A DNA stretch of 64,000 bases from Minisyncoccota bacterium (GCA_041651055.1 JBAZJW010000001.1:306661-370660); one strand, 5' to 3'; positions 48,547 through 58,534 are shown, counted from the first letter of the stretch. Numbers and translations are program-made. The notes: generated by a model not told the origin, from the sequence alone.

Positions 48547-49533
48547 CTAATAAATCACTGTCTTTATTTTCTCCGCAATATGCTTCGCAGTCAACCCATA
48601 CTCTTCATAAAGTTCTTGAGGTTTTCCTGATTGTCCGAATCTATCTTCTATACCAACACGTGCCACACGAATAGGTGAATGTTCTGCCAAAAATTCTGCA
48701 ACGGCGCTCCCCAATCCTCCGGTCACCTGATGTTCTTCCACTGTTACAATCGCCTTCACATCTTTCACAAAACGAAGGAGGAAGGCAGCGTCGAGTGGTT
48801 TTACTTGTGGCATATTAATAACCGTCACGCCAATACCTTCTTTTTCTAATTCCTTTGCCGCCTTGAGTGCTTCATAAATCACTGGACCACAAGCAATCAC
48901 ACCGATTGAATGTGCGAACTCTCCACCATTCTTTTTTTGAGGAATATGCATCACATACGCCTTTCCATTATTAAACGAGTGATCTTCCGAAAGCATAAGG
49001 GGGGTCTTCTCACGCGTAAGCCTCAAGTACGAGGGATGTTTCGTGGTAGCAATGTACTCCGTAATGATACGTGCTTCAACAGCGTCACACGGAACGAATA
49101 CCTGCATGTTTGGAATCAAACGCATAAGACCGATATCTTCGAGCGCTTGATGTGTCGCACCATCTGGTCCAACAGAAATACCAGCGTGTGCTCCAACAAT
49201 TTTTACTGGCACATTATTGTATGCGATGGTGGTACGAATTTGTTCCCAATTTCTCCCTGGAGAAAACATAGCATAACTCGCCATAAAAGGAATATACCCC
49301 ATAGCTGCAATACCACTTGCGAGTCCTGACATTGCTTGCTCGGTAATACCCACTTCAAAAAATCGTCCGTGGAAAGCGTCCCTGAAATCCCCCATCTTCA
49401 CTGAGTCGGTCAAGTCTGCACACAAAGCGACTACACGTGAATCCAATTTTCCCGCACGTAGAAGACCCTCGCCGAATCCTTCGCGTGTAGCTTTCTCTTC
49501 TTCTTTAGCGGTGAATAATGTATTTCGTATCAT
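48547..49533 (-). CDS. Transketolase, C-terminal subunit
   Basis: VGITEQ, GPDGATHQ, YLRLTR, VEEH. Confidence 0.93.
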   Translation of the reverse strand: MIRNTLFTAKEEEKATREGFGEGLLRAGKLDSRVVALCADLTDSVKMGDFRDAFHGRFFEVGITEQAMSGLASGIAAMGYIPFMASYAMFSPGRNWEQIRTTIAYNNVPVKIVGAHAGISVGPDGATHQALEDIGLMRLIPNMQVFVPCDAVEARIITEYIATTKHPSYLRLTREKTPLMLSEDHSFNNGKAYVMHIPQKKNGGEFAHSIGVIACGPVIYEALKAAKELEKEGIGVTVINMPQVKPLDAAFLLRFVKDVKAIVTVEEHQVTGGLGSAVAEFLAEHSPIRVARVGIEDRFGQSGKPQELYEEYGLTAKHIAEKIKTVIY

Positions 49534-49534
49534 G

Positions 49535-50401
49535 TTACTCTAATTCGTTCTTAATCTTACCCTTGAGCGTTCGCAACTCTTTGAGAGCCATTCTCCCCTC
49601 TTCCACACTAGGAGTTTTGCCATGCCATCTAAAGTCTCCTTCAAAAGCTGTCACCCCTTTTCCTGGAATCGTGTGAGCAATAATGACGGTTGGTTTATCC
49701 AATGAACTTTTTGCAGCACCAACAGCTCGCACGATATCGCGAAAGTTGTGCCCATCTATTTCTATGACATGAAAATTAAAACTTTCCAATTTATCTTTAA
49801 GAGATTCAAGGGGTAAAACGTCTTCCGTATAGCCATCTATTTGAATCGTGTTTCTGTCGATTATCGGAATAACTTTTGTGAGCTTGTACTTGTTCAACAA
49901 TAAAAAAGATTCCCATACTTGTCCTTCATTTATTTCACCATCACCCATACAGCAATAAAAATATCTATCTGGTTTGTGATTCTCTAGTTTATCCATGAGC
50001 GCCATACCGACTGCTTGTGATAGTCCACAACCGAGAGGACCAGATGTCGTTTCAAGTCCAGGGAGCGACTCGCGATGAGGGTGACCCTGAAGACGAGAAC
50101 CAAACCTGCGAAGTGTTTTTAATTCAGACACAGAGAAGTATCCCGCATGTGCCATGGTCGCATAGAGCACGGGCACGATGTGGCCATTAGAGAGGATCAC
50201 TCGATCACGCTGAACCCAGTCCGGATGTCGTGGATTGTGATTGAGAATACGAAAGTAGAGCGCAGTGAAAATATCCGCCATACCAAGTGGTCCAGCAGTG
50301 TGACCACTACCTGCCTCTACGAGCATCTTCACAATACTCTCACGTATATCTTCTGCACGAAGTGTGAGTGCTTGTACTTCTACGTCAGTGAGTGAGTGCA
50401 T
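49535..50401 (-). CDS. Transketolase, N-terminal subunit
   Basis: GSGH, DRVILSNGH, LQGHP, GDGEINEG, GKG...WHG. Confidence 0.93.
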   Translation of the reverse strand: MHSLTDVEVQALTLRAEDIRESIVKMLVEAGSGHTAGPLGMADIFTALYFRILNHNPRHPDWVQRDRVILSNGHIVPVLYATMAHAGYFSVSELKTLRRFGSRLQGHPHRESLPGLETTSGPLGCGLSQAVGMALMDKLENHKPDRYFYCCMGDGEINEGQVWESFLLLNKYKLTKVIPIIDRNTIQIDGYTEDVLPLESLKDKLESFNFHVIEIDGHNFRDIVRAVGAAKSSLDKPTVIIAHTIPGKGVTAFEGDFRWHGKTPSVEEGRMALKELRTLKGKIKNELE

Positions 50402-50557
50402 ATAGATAGTATACAGCCTACAGTCAACAGTAGGCAGTGGAAAATGAGCAGGTACAGTTTTTAGTTTCCAGTTTTTAGTTTTTAGTGATACAAATACAGA
50501 GAATTTACATAAAAATTAGAAATTAAAAATTTAAAATTCTTTTGTAATCAAAAGTAC

Positions 50558-51217
50558 CTATCCATTCACTGCAGCATTGATTTCTTCAAGCGAGGCACCT
50601 GCGTCATCACGTCCGAATATATAGGAACCAACAACAAGCGTATCCGCTTCTGCTTGTCGTACCAACTTTCCTGTTTCAAGAGTGATGCCTCCATCCACCT
50701 GAATATGCACATCACCAAACTGCTGCTTAAGGGCTTTTACTCGTCCTGGTGTATTTTCGTCAAAGGATTGTCCCTGCTCTCCAATATTTACAATACCCAT
50801 CACTTGAATAAAAACATGAGGATACAGCGTCCGAGCTTTTCGTATCATGTCTGCATGAAAGTCCAACCCTTTGTCATTTGATACAGCAATACCAAGCGCA
50901 GCGGAATGAGGAGAAACCATTCCAACCAATGTAGAGAGATCCTCGTCCGTAAACATATCTACATGCGCGACGATACTTTTCGCACCAAGAGAAAGAGCAT
51001 GAAGTGTGTGGAGTTGCCAAGTATCGAGCATGATATCGAACTCGTATGAAAAAGAAGAAGGCAATACTTCTGTACCTTCTGGCAACCATGTCTTCTCTCG
51101 ACCGAATACACCATCACAAAGGTCAATCTGTACTTTCGAAACAAGACCTTCTACACGTGAAAGTTTTTCTATAAGTTCTTCGAAGTTATGAGGCAAGATG
51201 GCGGGAGTGATTTGCAT
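50558..51217 (-). CDS. rpe: Ribulose-phosphate 3-epimerase (divergent)
   Basis: ITPAIL, QIDLCDGVF, GEQGQSF, QVDGG, LVVGSYIF. Confidence 0.88.
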   Translation of the reverse strand: MQITPAILPHNFEELIEKLSRVEGLVSKVQIDLCDGVFGREKTWLPEGTEVLPSSFSYEFDIMLDTWQLHTLHALSLGAKSIVAHVDMFTDEDLSTLVGMVSPHSAALGIAVSNDKGLDFHADMIRKARTLYPHVFIQVMGIVNIGEQGQSFDENTPGRVKALKQQFGDVHIQVDGGITLETGKLVRQAEADTLVVGSYIFGRDDAGASLEEINAAVNG

Positions 51218-51276
51218 GGGAATTAAGTATTAAGGATTAAGGATTAAATATCAGAAATTAACTTTTAGAAAAGTCA

Positions 51277-52290
51277 TTACAGGCTTTCATGTATCTTTTC
51301 ATTATACCTTCCCACCTCGTCTCTACCAAATAATGCCCACGTAAATAGTTTCTCCTGGTGAGAGAGTTCATTCTTAACAAAATCAAGAGACTCTTTATTA
51401 TACCCAACAGGTATATTCCTCTTGGCAACGGCAAGCATTTCAAGTAAAGTTTCGTCATTTGAAACTAATTCTTTAATTTCATCACGATGAAACCCTTCTC
51501 CGGCGAAGTACTCTGCGACCATTGATCTCGCTGTCTCATCAAGACCCAAACCAGACACCCTGGAAAACTCTTCCATAAATTCATACGCAAATAGTCGCCC
51601 TTCTTCATACTCCATAGGAGATCCAATTAAACCAAAAGACATGCCTGATTCTGGGTCCACTTCTTCAAACACCGGAGAGGTTACCTCTCCTTTACGTGCT
51701 AAATATTCACTATAAATTGCATCAGTAATCAGTTCAGTCAATCCTTCATTGAGGTCATTAAACTCTCTACCAACAATCTCTTCCTTATTGGTAAGCTTTT
51801 TTGAAAAAAGATTAGTCACACCCGTTAGTTTCATTTCGTGACTTAAAGAGAAAAATTTAGAAGATGCTATATGAAGAGACTCATGTATACTCGCAGACAA
51901 CAACCTTCCTTTATCAACCGACCCCTTATCGTAAAATGATCGTGCATAAAAATAAATAGATTTTCCGTCTGTTGCTGCTAAAGCGTCGACTATCTGTGAT
52001 TCTTGAGAAAAATGGACACCCTCTCTCTTCTTTGGCTCTTGATAAGAAATTGTATAATCCACTACAATTGAAGGACGATAAACATCATCGAGCACTTGTC
52101 GAACATCCTCTTGTTTTATTTCTGGAAATGATTTTCTATACAATTCAGAAATGATATCCCCAATGAGGTTAAAATCAATTTCTCTCTCAAGAACCTCCTT
52201 AACTTCACTTATTCTTTCGTTCCAGACAAGCTCTTCTTGAGATAAAGATTCTTGTGTGAGTGCAGACTGAGAATAAGGAGGGTGTTCCAT
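51277..52290 (-). CDS. Hypothetical protein with gluzincin-like HExxH...NEG motif
   Basis: SIHESLH followed by DLNEGLTE. Confidence 0.65.
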   Translation of the reverse strand: MEHPPYSQSALTQESLSQEELVWNERISEVKEVLEREIDFNLIGDIISELYRKSFPEIKQEDVRQVLDDVYRPSIVVDYTISYQEPKKREGVHFSQESQIVDALAATDGKSIYFYARSFYDKGSVDKGRLLSASIHESLHIASSKFFSLSHEMKLTGVTNLFSKKLTNKEEIVGREFNDLNEGLTELITDAIYSEYLARKGEVTSPVFEEVDPESGMSFGLIGSPMEYEEGRLFAYEFMEEFSRVSGLGLDETARSMVAEYFAGEGFHRDEIKELVSNDETLLEMLAVAKRNIPVGYNKESLDFVKNELSHQEKLFTWALFGRDEVGRYNEKIHESL

Positions 52291-52291
52291 G

Positions 52292-52750
52292 TTATTTCAC
52301 CAATTCCTCAATCTGGATAATTCTATCAGCATGACGCTCATCATGTGAAAATGGTGTTGCTAAAAATAAATCAATCGCCTGCTTGGCTTCGCTCACCGTG
52401 ACAAAACGTGCACCTATAGCAAGAACATTTGTATCATTGTGTTCACGAGATACCTTAATCACATCAAGCGGGCCACCAGCGTAGACAACGGCGCGCACAT
52501 GAGCGAACCTATTCGCTACAATTGATTCTCCTACTCCTGATCCACCAAAAATAACCGCCATAGCCGGTGCATGCATTGCATCTTCTTGCACCTTTTCAGC
52601 AGCTCTGGCCATGTATTCCGGATAATCATCTCCGTCCTCTAGTGTGAGAGCACCACAATCGTACACTTCATTTCCTTTTTCTTCTAAATAACTTTTAATG
52701 TTCTCCTTCAATTCGAACCCCGCATGATCAGTTGCTAAATAAATTTTCAT
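52292..52750 (-). CDS. rpiB: Ribose-5-phosphate isomerase B
   Basis: ATDHAGFELK, DDYP, GGSGVGE, REHND.N, RH..RI. Confidence 0.93.
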   Translation of the reverse strand: MKIYLATDHAGFELKENIKSYLEEKGNEVYDCGALTLEDGDDYPEYMARAAEKVQEDAMHAPAMAVIFGGSGVGESIVANRFAHVRAVVYAGGPLDVIKVSREHNDTNVLAIGARFVTVSEAKQAIDLFLATPFSHDERHADRIIQIEELVK

Positions 52751-52789
52751 ACTTTTAGTATATCATTTTACTCATAATGAATCTGGTTT

Positions 52790-52914
52790 TGGAAAGTCAG
52801 AAAATAGATTAGATTCTAGGCGCGGGAAAGCGAAAGAGAAGCCGTACGTACTAGTACGGTGACGAGAGAGCTGGGACCCGCAACAACGAAGCTAACTATT
52901 TTATGACTTTTCCA
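52790..52914. repeat. Palindromic element whose right arm is the gap 3' end
   Basis: tggaaagtcagaaaatagattag pairs with ctaactattttatgacttttcca; apical gccgtacgtactagtacggt. Confidence 0.7.
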
Positions 52915-53993
52915 GCACGAGCAACGTGTTCCACGAGAGTATGCGTATACCCCATTTCATTGTCATACCACGCCAACACCTTCACAAGGTTTCCCCCTAC
53001 CACACGCGTCATTTTGAGATCAGCGATAGACGCAAAAGGAAGACCCAGGATATCGCTGGAAACAAGTTCTTCTTCTGTCACTGTGAAAATATCTTTCCAT
53101 GCATCGGTACGAGATGCCTTCGTGAGAATGTCGTTCACTTCTTCCGCTGTCGTGTCACGCTTTGCTATAAAGGTAATATCAACGATTGATCCAGCTGGCA
53201 CTGGTACACGCATAGAAATACCGTCAAAGAGCCCGACAAGTGGTGGAAAGGCTTTGGTGACGGCAATAGCGGCACCTGTTGATGATGGCACGATATTCTG
53301 CGCTGCAGCACGCCCTTCACGAAAATCTTTTTTGTTCGGACCATCCACGATTGATTGCGAGGCAGTATACGCATGTACAGTATTTAAGAGTGCTTTTTCT
53401 ATACCAAGAGCTTCATCCAAAATAGCAATGAGCGGACTTGAAGCATTCGTTGTACACGACGCATTCGAAGTAATATTACACGTGCCGAATTTTTCTTCAT
53501 TCACACCCATGAGAATGGTTTCACCGGGCACCGTACCTGTCGTATCTTCTTTTGCTGGCGCTGAGATGACGACATGCTTTGCTCCGGCGACGATATGCGC
53601 TTGTGCTTTATCGTATGCTGTGAAAAGTCCAGTAGACTCAACAACCACATCGATGTCCATAGCCTTCCATGGAAGCAATGTCGGATCTTTTTCTTGAACA
53701 ACCTGCACACGAGAATCTATTTCCCCTTCGATAACCAAAAATTGTTCGGTCTTTACTATTTCTGTCCCTCCACTTTGGTCGGGACCTCGGTCCACTTCGT
53801 GGACCTCGGCATGCACATCAAACGGTGACACGCGATATACCGTATCATACTGAAGTAAGTATGCGAGATTATGCACGTCTCCTAAATCATTAATTGCTAC
53901 TACTTCTATATCGTCACGAGTTAGTGCAACTTTATAGAAAGCTCGCCCGATACGCCCGAAACCATTGATTGCTACGCGAAGTTTTTTGTCCAT
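52896..53993 (-). CDS. gap: Type I glyceraldehyde-3-phosphate dehydrogenase
   Basis: AINGFGRIGR, SNASCTTN, STGAA, WYDNEMGY. Confidence 0.97.
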   Translation of the reverse strand: MDKKLRVAINGFGRIGRAFYKVALTRDDIEVVAINDLGDVHNLAYLLQYDTVYRVSPFDVHAEVHEVDRGPDQSGGTEIVKTEQFLVIEGEIDSRVQVVQEKDPTLLPWKAMDIDVVVESTGLFTAYDKAQAHIVAGAKHVVISAPAKEDTTGTVPGETILMGVNEEKFGTCNITSNASCTTNASSPLIAILDEALGIEKALLNTVHAYTASQSIVDGPNKKDFREGRAAAQNIVPSSTGAAIAVTKAFPPLVGLFDGISMRVPVPAGSIVDITFIAKRDTTAEEVNDILTKASRTDAWKDIFTVTEEELVSSDILGLPFASIADLKMTRVVGGNLVKVLAWYDNEMGYTHTLVEHVARAGKVIK

Positions 53994-54089
53994 ATGTAAG
54001 ATAGTATATAGTTAATAGTTAGTAGTTGATAGTTAATAACTAAAAAACACCCCCAAATTATTTTGAAGTGTTTTTAGATATCAGTTAAA

Positions 54090-54974
54090 CTATCTGCGTC
54101 CGTCGGGAACATCATCTTCACCATCTTCCTGACCATTAACATCTTTAAGGTCACGAACTTCAGTGTTTACCTTAAGGGTACTAGTTGCCCTGTTTTCGTT
54201 TTTTATTTCTAGTTTTACACCCACCTTGTTCTCAGATTCTTTATTTGAGTCCACAGAATCTGTATCTTCTACATCTTCTGTATCCTCATTTTCGGATTCC
54301 ATCGTATCTTTCTCTTGATCTTCTTTTGACATTTCTTCTTCTATGCTTCTTTTTTCATCTTGGAAAGATTTTTTTATTTCATCTTTTTTATCCTTAAAAT
54401 CTTCCGCTGATTTCTTGGCATCTTCTAAAGCTTTTTCGGCGTCAGTTATTTTAGCCTCATCTTTTGTCACTTTAGCTTCTTCTAGAAGTTTTTTAAAGGA
54501 CTCGATTTTCACATCGACAATTTCTTTGTGAGCATCTGAAAGAGATTTCGAAAGATCACTTTCTTCTGAATCAAATTCATCATTGGCCTCTTTGGCTAAT
54601 TTTGTGACATCGTTTCCTGCGGCTTTTTCTGTCTTAATAATCTCTGCTGTTTTTTGTACAGTATCTATAATACTTGTATGCACACTATCTAAACCTTTTG
54701 AGTGATCACCAGATTCTGCAAGCATAGCCTTTGCTTCCGCAACACGCTCAGCCACGAAAGCTATTTGAAGTTTTACTTTAGCTTCCGGAGTAAATGCAAA
54801 AAGTTCCTGCAAAGATTCTGTTAGTTTATCGAAAAAATAAAAAGAACTTTCTGGAGTAAGTCCAGCTGAAGCAGAAACATTAGACGAAGAAACTGGAGTT
54901 GTTGTACTTGTTTGAGCAAAAGCAAAGGACACTGCTGCCCCAAACAATAACACTGATGATAGTATTTTTTTCAT
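54090..54974 (-). CDS. Secreted DUF5667-like coiled-coil protein
   Basis: Signal peptide, AGLTPESSFYFFDKLTE...ERVAE, acidic tail. Confidence 0.8.
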   Translation of the reverse strand: MKKILSSVLLFGAAVSFAFAQTSTTTPVSSSNVSASAGLTPESSFYFFDKLTESLQELFAFTPEAKVKLQIAFVAERVAEAKAMLAESGDHSKGLDSVHTSIIDTVQKTAEIIKTEKAAGNDVTKLAKEANDEFDSEESDLSKSLSDAHKEIVDVKIESFKKLLEEAKVTKDEAKITDAEKALEDAKKSAEDFKDKKDEIKKSFQDEKRSIEEEMSKEDQEKDTMESENEDTEDVEDTDSVDSNKESENKVGVKLEIKNENRATSTLKVNTEVRDLKDVNGQEDGEDDVPDGRR

Positions 54975-55038
54975 AGTAATTTATTACTTTTAATAAGTAC
55001 TAACAGTATATCACTATAATAACCCTAGGCTCGCCTCG

Positions 55039-55453
55039 TACAAAAAACCAGAAGTACTTCTGGTTTTTTGTATTTTGCTTGGTCGTAGAATATTGCTTCA
55101 TAGAAATGTTGCTACATTTCTATGTCTTCGAAGCCAAGCTTCTCGACCTGCAAAAATACAGTCGTAAAGTACTTCTATTTTTTGTATTTTGCTTGGTCGT
55201 GATTACACGACACCCAGCAAAAATATAGTCATGAATACTCTCCTTATTTTTGCGGGCCCACGAAGAAGTTCGGTCACCTCGTCTCGTTTTATGAGTACAT
55301 AAAACAGGAGACTCCTCGAAGTCACGTTTGACACTCGTCTACTGACTCGCCCTATTCGATTCTCCACGCATGTGACACAGGTCACATGCTGTGGGTCCGC
55401 AAAAATATAAAAACAGTATTCGAAAATACTGTTTTTATATTTTTGCGGGCCCA
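55039..55453. repeat. Array of hairpins and partial tRNA copies downstream of tRNA-Trp
   Basis: 23-bp direct repeat 55245-67/55438-60; 30-bp stem 55391-55454; repeated GCAAAAATA...TATTTT(T)GC units. Confidence 0.75.
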
Positions 55454-55516
55454 CGAAGAATCGAACTTCGACCAACGGATTTGGAGGCCGTTGTTCTACC
55501 ATTAAACTATAGGCCC
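55446..55516 (-). tRNA. tRNA-Trp(CCA), 3' CCA not encoded
   Basis: GGGCCTA TA GTTT AATGGT AGAAC A ACGGC CTCCAAA TCCGT TGGT CGAAG TTCGATT CTTCG TGGGCCC G; upstream TGcTAGAAT promoter. Confidence 0.93.
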
Positions 55517-55603
55517 ATGTGTGCTATTCTAGCACAAATTTTTTAATTTCTAATTTCAATTGATAAATTAAAAACCAGACGATTGTCTGGTTTTTAATTT
55601 GAA

Positions 55604-55765
55604 TTACTTCTTTGTTTCCTTAAACATAACATGCTTTCGGAGTTTCTTTGAATACTTCTTGAGTTCAATTTTACGAGTTACAAGCTTTTTATTCTTTGAA
55701 GTCCAATATACTTCACCTGTTTCCTTGTGTTTTAGTAAAATGAGATTATCTTGTGCCTTTGCCAT
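55604..55765 (-). CDS. rpmG: 50S ribosomal protein L33, Cys-free type (below ORF-track cutoff)
   Basis: [53 protein letters not shown]. Confidence 0.92.
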   Translation of the reverse strand: MAKAQDNLILLKHKETGEVYWTSKNKKLVTRKIELKKYSKKLRKHVMFKETKK

Positions 55766-55810
55766 AGTTTTGCAATTATACTTTATATTTTACCATTTAG
55801 CAACCCCGTA

Positions 55811-57193
55811 TTATCCGAGTTTCCCTTCAAAATAAGCCGAGAGTTCCGCTACAGGAATACGCACCTGCTCCATCGTATCTCTGTCTCGCACAGTCACCGC
55901 ATTATCTGTAAGCGTATCGAAGTCCACTGTCACGCAATACGGTGTGCCGATTTCATCCTGACGACGATAACGTTTACCGATTGACTGAGTTTCATCATAC
56001 GTAACTCTGGCAATTTTCTTTAAAGACTTTACCAGTTCCCGAGAAGGGGTAAGTAGCTCTTCTTTTTTAGAAAGAGGAAGTACGGCTATTTGGAATGGAG
56101 CGATCACAGGACTGAAGTGAAATACAGTACGAGTATCACCCTCGCCAACGGTTTCTTCGTCGTAGGCACTCGTAAGAATTGCCAGTATCGTTCTATCGAT
56201 ACCAAATGTTGGCTCAATAACATGAGGAATAAATTTCTCCCCTGTCTGATCATCTACATATGCTTGAGAAACACCACTGTACTTTTCGTGTTGCGTAAGG
56301 TCAAAATCTGTTCGGTAGGCAAGGCCGTATAATTCTTTTTGTCCAAAAGGAAAATCAAATTCAATGTCGATAGTACGCTTTGAATAGTGAGCAAGGTCAA
56401 CTCCAGCTTTTTCAATTTCATGAGTACCTTCTTTTTTAATACCAATATACTCTATCCAGGCATACATTTCCTTGCGCCACATTTCAAATAATTCTGCCCA
56501 GTCACCTTTGCGTGGGTCAAAGAAATATTCAAACTCCATAAGATTAAACTCACGAGAACGAAAAATAAAGTCTCTCGCAGCAATTTCATTTCTAAACGCT
56601 TTACCGATTTGAGCCAAACCAAAAGGAAGCTTAGGGTGAATACTATCTAAAACATTTTTGTAATTCGTAAACATTCCCTGTGCAAGCTCTCCTCGCAGAT
56701 ATCCCGTTGTGCTCGTCTCACTTGATGCCCCCATACGAACTGGAAAGAGAAGGTTAAAATTCTTTGCCTCACTGAATGGATTTCCATCTTTACTTTTAAT
56801 TCCTTTTTCTACAATAAGTGCAGTCATTTGGTCTGGCGTTAATCCTGCAGCTGAGATGCCAGCATCTTCCAAAACATGGTCAGTGCGGTATGTTTTTTTG
56901 GTAACACTGTCTTCAATAAGAGGGTCATGAAACCCTGCCAAGTGACCACTTGCTTCCCATATTTTCTCACTACTTATCTGTGCAGCATCGAGACCGTACA
57001 TGTCGTCTCTTTTGTTCACAAAAAAATCCCACCACGCATTTTCAAGTGCACGTTTCAAAAGGACACCTGTTGGCCCGTAGTCAAAGGTTCCTGCAAGCCC
57101 TCCATAGAGATCACTTCCTGGGAAAATAAATCCACGGCGTTTACAAAGCGATACGATCGCTTCCATTCGTGCTTGTGAGTCAGTTGTATTCAT
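55811..57193 (-). CDS. glyQS: Glycyl-tRNA synthetase, alpha2 type
   Basis: CKRRGF, DYGPTG, LRGELAQG, GKAFRNE, AHYS, IEPTFG, SIGKRYRRQDEIGTP. Confidence 0.96.
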   Translation of the reverse strand: MNTTDSQARMEAIVSLCKRRGFIFPGSDLYGGLAGTFDYGPTGVLLKRALENAWWDFFVNKRDDMYGLDAAQISSEKIWEASGHLAGFHDPLIEDSVTKKTYRTDHVLEDAGISAAGLTPDQMTALIVEKGIKSKDGNPFSEAKNFNLLFPVRMGASSETSTTGYLRGELAQGMFTNYKNVLDSIHPKLPFGLAQIGKAFRNEIAARDFIFRSREFNLMEFEYFFDPRKGDWAELFEMWRKEMYAWIEYIGIKKEGTHEIEKAGVDLAHYSKRTIDIEFDFPFGQKELYGLAYRTDFDLTQHEKYSGVSQAYVDDQTGEKFIPHVIEPTFGIDRTILAILTSAYDEETVGEGDTRTVFHFSPVIAPFQIAVLPLSKKEELLTPSRELVKSLKKIARVTYDETQSIGKRYRRQDEIGTPYCVTVDFDTLTDNAVTVRDRDTMEQVRIPVAELSAYFEGKLG

Positions 57194-57255
57194 ATCATTT
57201 GATTCTACCACAAAGTGTCGCTAGGCGTAAAAACAAGACCATTCCCACCACGTAA

Positions 57256-58221
57256 TCATTTGAGGTACGTCGCAAAAAAATCCTCCATCTTCTGATCCGT
57301 AAAATCATTCACACGCTTAACCACATCCATAGTGTGAGGCCATAAAGGAAGCCGGTAATAGGTCACAGGTACGCCCAAGGTATGAAGATATGCTTTCAAT
57401 ACATCTGATTGACTAAGAGGAACAAGCTCGTCAGATGTCCCATGAAAAATAAGTGTTGGGGGATCTTTTGAATCAAGGTATGTTATTGGTGAAGCCTCTT
57501 TGTAAAGTTCTGGAGAATCTTCGTATGGGTGACCAATGAACGACGTTACGAGCGAGTGATTTCTCATATAGCCTGTTGTGAGATCTGTCGGCCCATATAA
57601 ATCGACAACAGCTTTTATTGGATGAGAGACAGAACCGCCCCATCCATATGCCGCAAGAAGCGCGAGATGTGCTCCCGCTGAACCTCCGATAATTGCGATA
57701 TTATTTTTATCATACCCATACGTCTCACTGTGTGAAGACAGCCATGTCACTGCATCGTTAACATCTTCAATAGCTGCGGGATACGGAGTGTCAGCATCTA
57801 GTCTATACGAAATGGTCGCCGTGATATATCCTTTCTTGGCGAACGAAAGAAGGTACACCAAATAGTCCGATCTTTTGCCGCCACTCCATCCACCACCATG
57901 AACAAAAATCAAAAGCGGTGCCAGCTTGATGCTCTTTTTTTGTGGAATATACATGTCGAGCTGTAGCGACTGACCATTCACATTTTTATATTCAATATTC
58001 TTTATCTCCTTAATATCTGCGGGAATCTCTGGCGTTTTGTTTATTAAGGTTTCTAGTCCTACATCAATCGCCAGATATAATGGTGTGACAAAATGGTACC
58101 CAAGCGGAGGATCGTGAGGATGTAGAGCAGACCATGCTCGCGGAATAACCATCAGGAAGCAAATCAAGACAAGCACACATAACAAACCAAGAATGGTTCG
58201 TTTGAAAAGTTTTGATTTCAT
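57256..58221 (-). CDS. Membrane-anchored alpha/beta hydrolase (HSL-family esterase)
   Basis: HGGGW, GGSAG, HGTSDELVP. Confidence 0.92.
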   Translation of the reverse strand: MKSKLFKRTILGLLCVLVLICFLMVIPRAWSALHPHDPPLGYHFVTPLYLAIDVGLETLINKTPEIPADIKEIKNIEYKNVNGQSLQLDMYIPQKKSIKLAPLLIFVHGGGWSGGKRSDYLVYLLSFAKKGYITATISYRLDADTPYPAAIEDVNDAVTWLSSHSETYGYDKNNIAIIGGSAGAHLALLAAYGWGGSVSHPIKAVVDLYGPTDLTTGYMRNHSLVTSFIGHPYEDSPELYKEASPITYLDSKDPPTLIFHGTSDELVPLSQSDVLKAYLHTLGVPVTYYRLPLWPHTMDVVKRVNDFTDQKMEDFFATYLK

Positions 58222-58279
58222 GAAAAGTTACGTATGTATTGTGTATAGTATTGCACCCCCCTAACCCCTAACAGGGGAC

Positions 58280-58534
58280 CTAGTACACGAAAAATCCTCC
58301 GAAAATACTATTGATAAGTGGAATAATTCCACCAACAGAAAATACAATAAATAATCCGATAAGTCCCCAGAACAAATGACTCTTACCATCATTCTTTTTC
58401 GTAGGATCATTCATATCGTAGATGAACTTCGCAGCACCATAGAGAAAGTATATAAAAGCACAGACAATAACAATTTGATACAGTGGCTGTACGAAGCCAA
58501 TGACGATATTTCTAAAAAGAGTTTCTCCGTTCAT
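58280..58534 (-). CDS. TrbC/VirB2-like pilin (minimal)
   Basis: IYFLYGAAKFI...KKNDGKSHLFWGLIGLFIVFSVGGI. Confidence 0.8.
   Translation of the reverse strand: MNGETLFRNIVIGFVQPLYQIVIVCAFIYFLYGAAKFIYDMNDPTKKNDGKSHLFWGLIGLFIVFSVGGIIPLINSIFGGFFVY

Noticed and set aside
55039-55460. CRISPR array, and the 99-aa ORF 55203-55502
   Set aside because: Repeats are irregular, partly inverted and tRNA-derived, with no cas genes; the ORF overlaps the tRNA.
55446-55516. Recoded genetic code (UGA read-through)
   Set aside because: Anticodon is CCA, and TGA terminates rnhB and other genes at expected positions.
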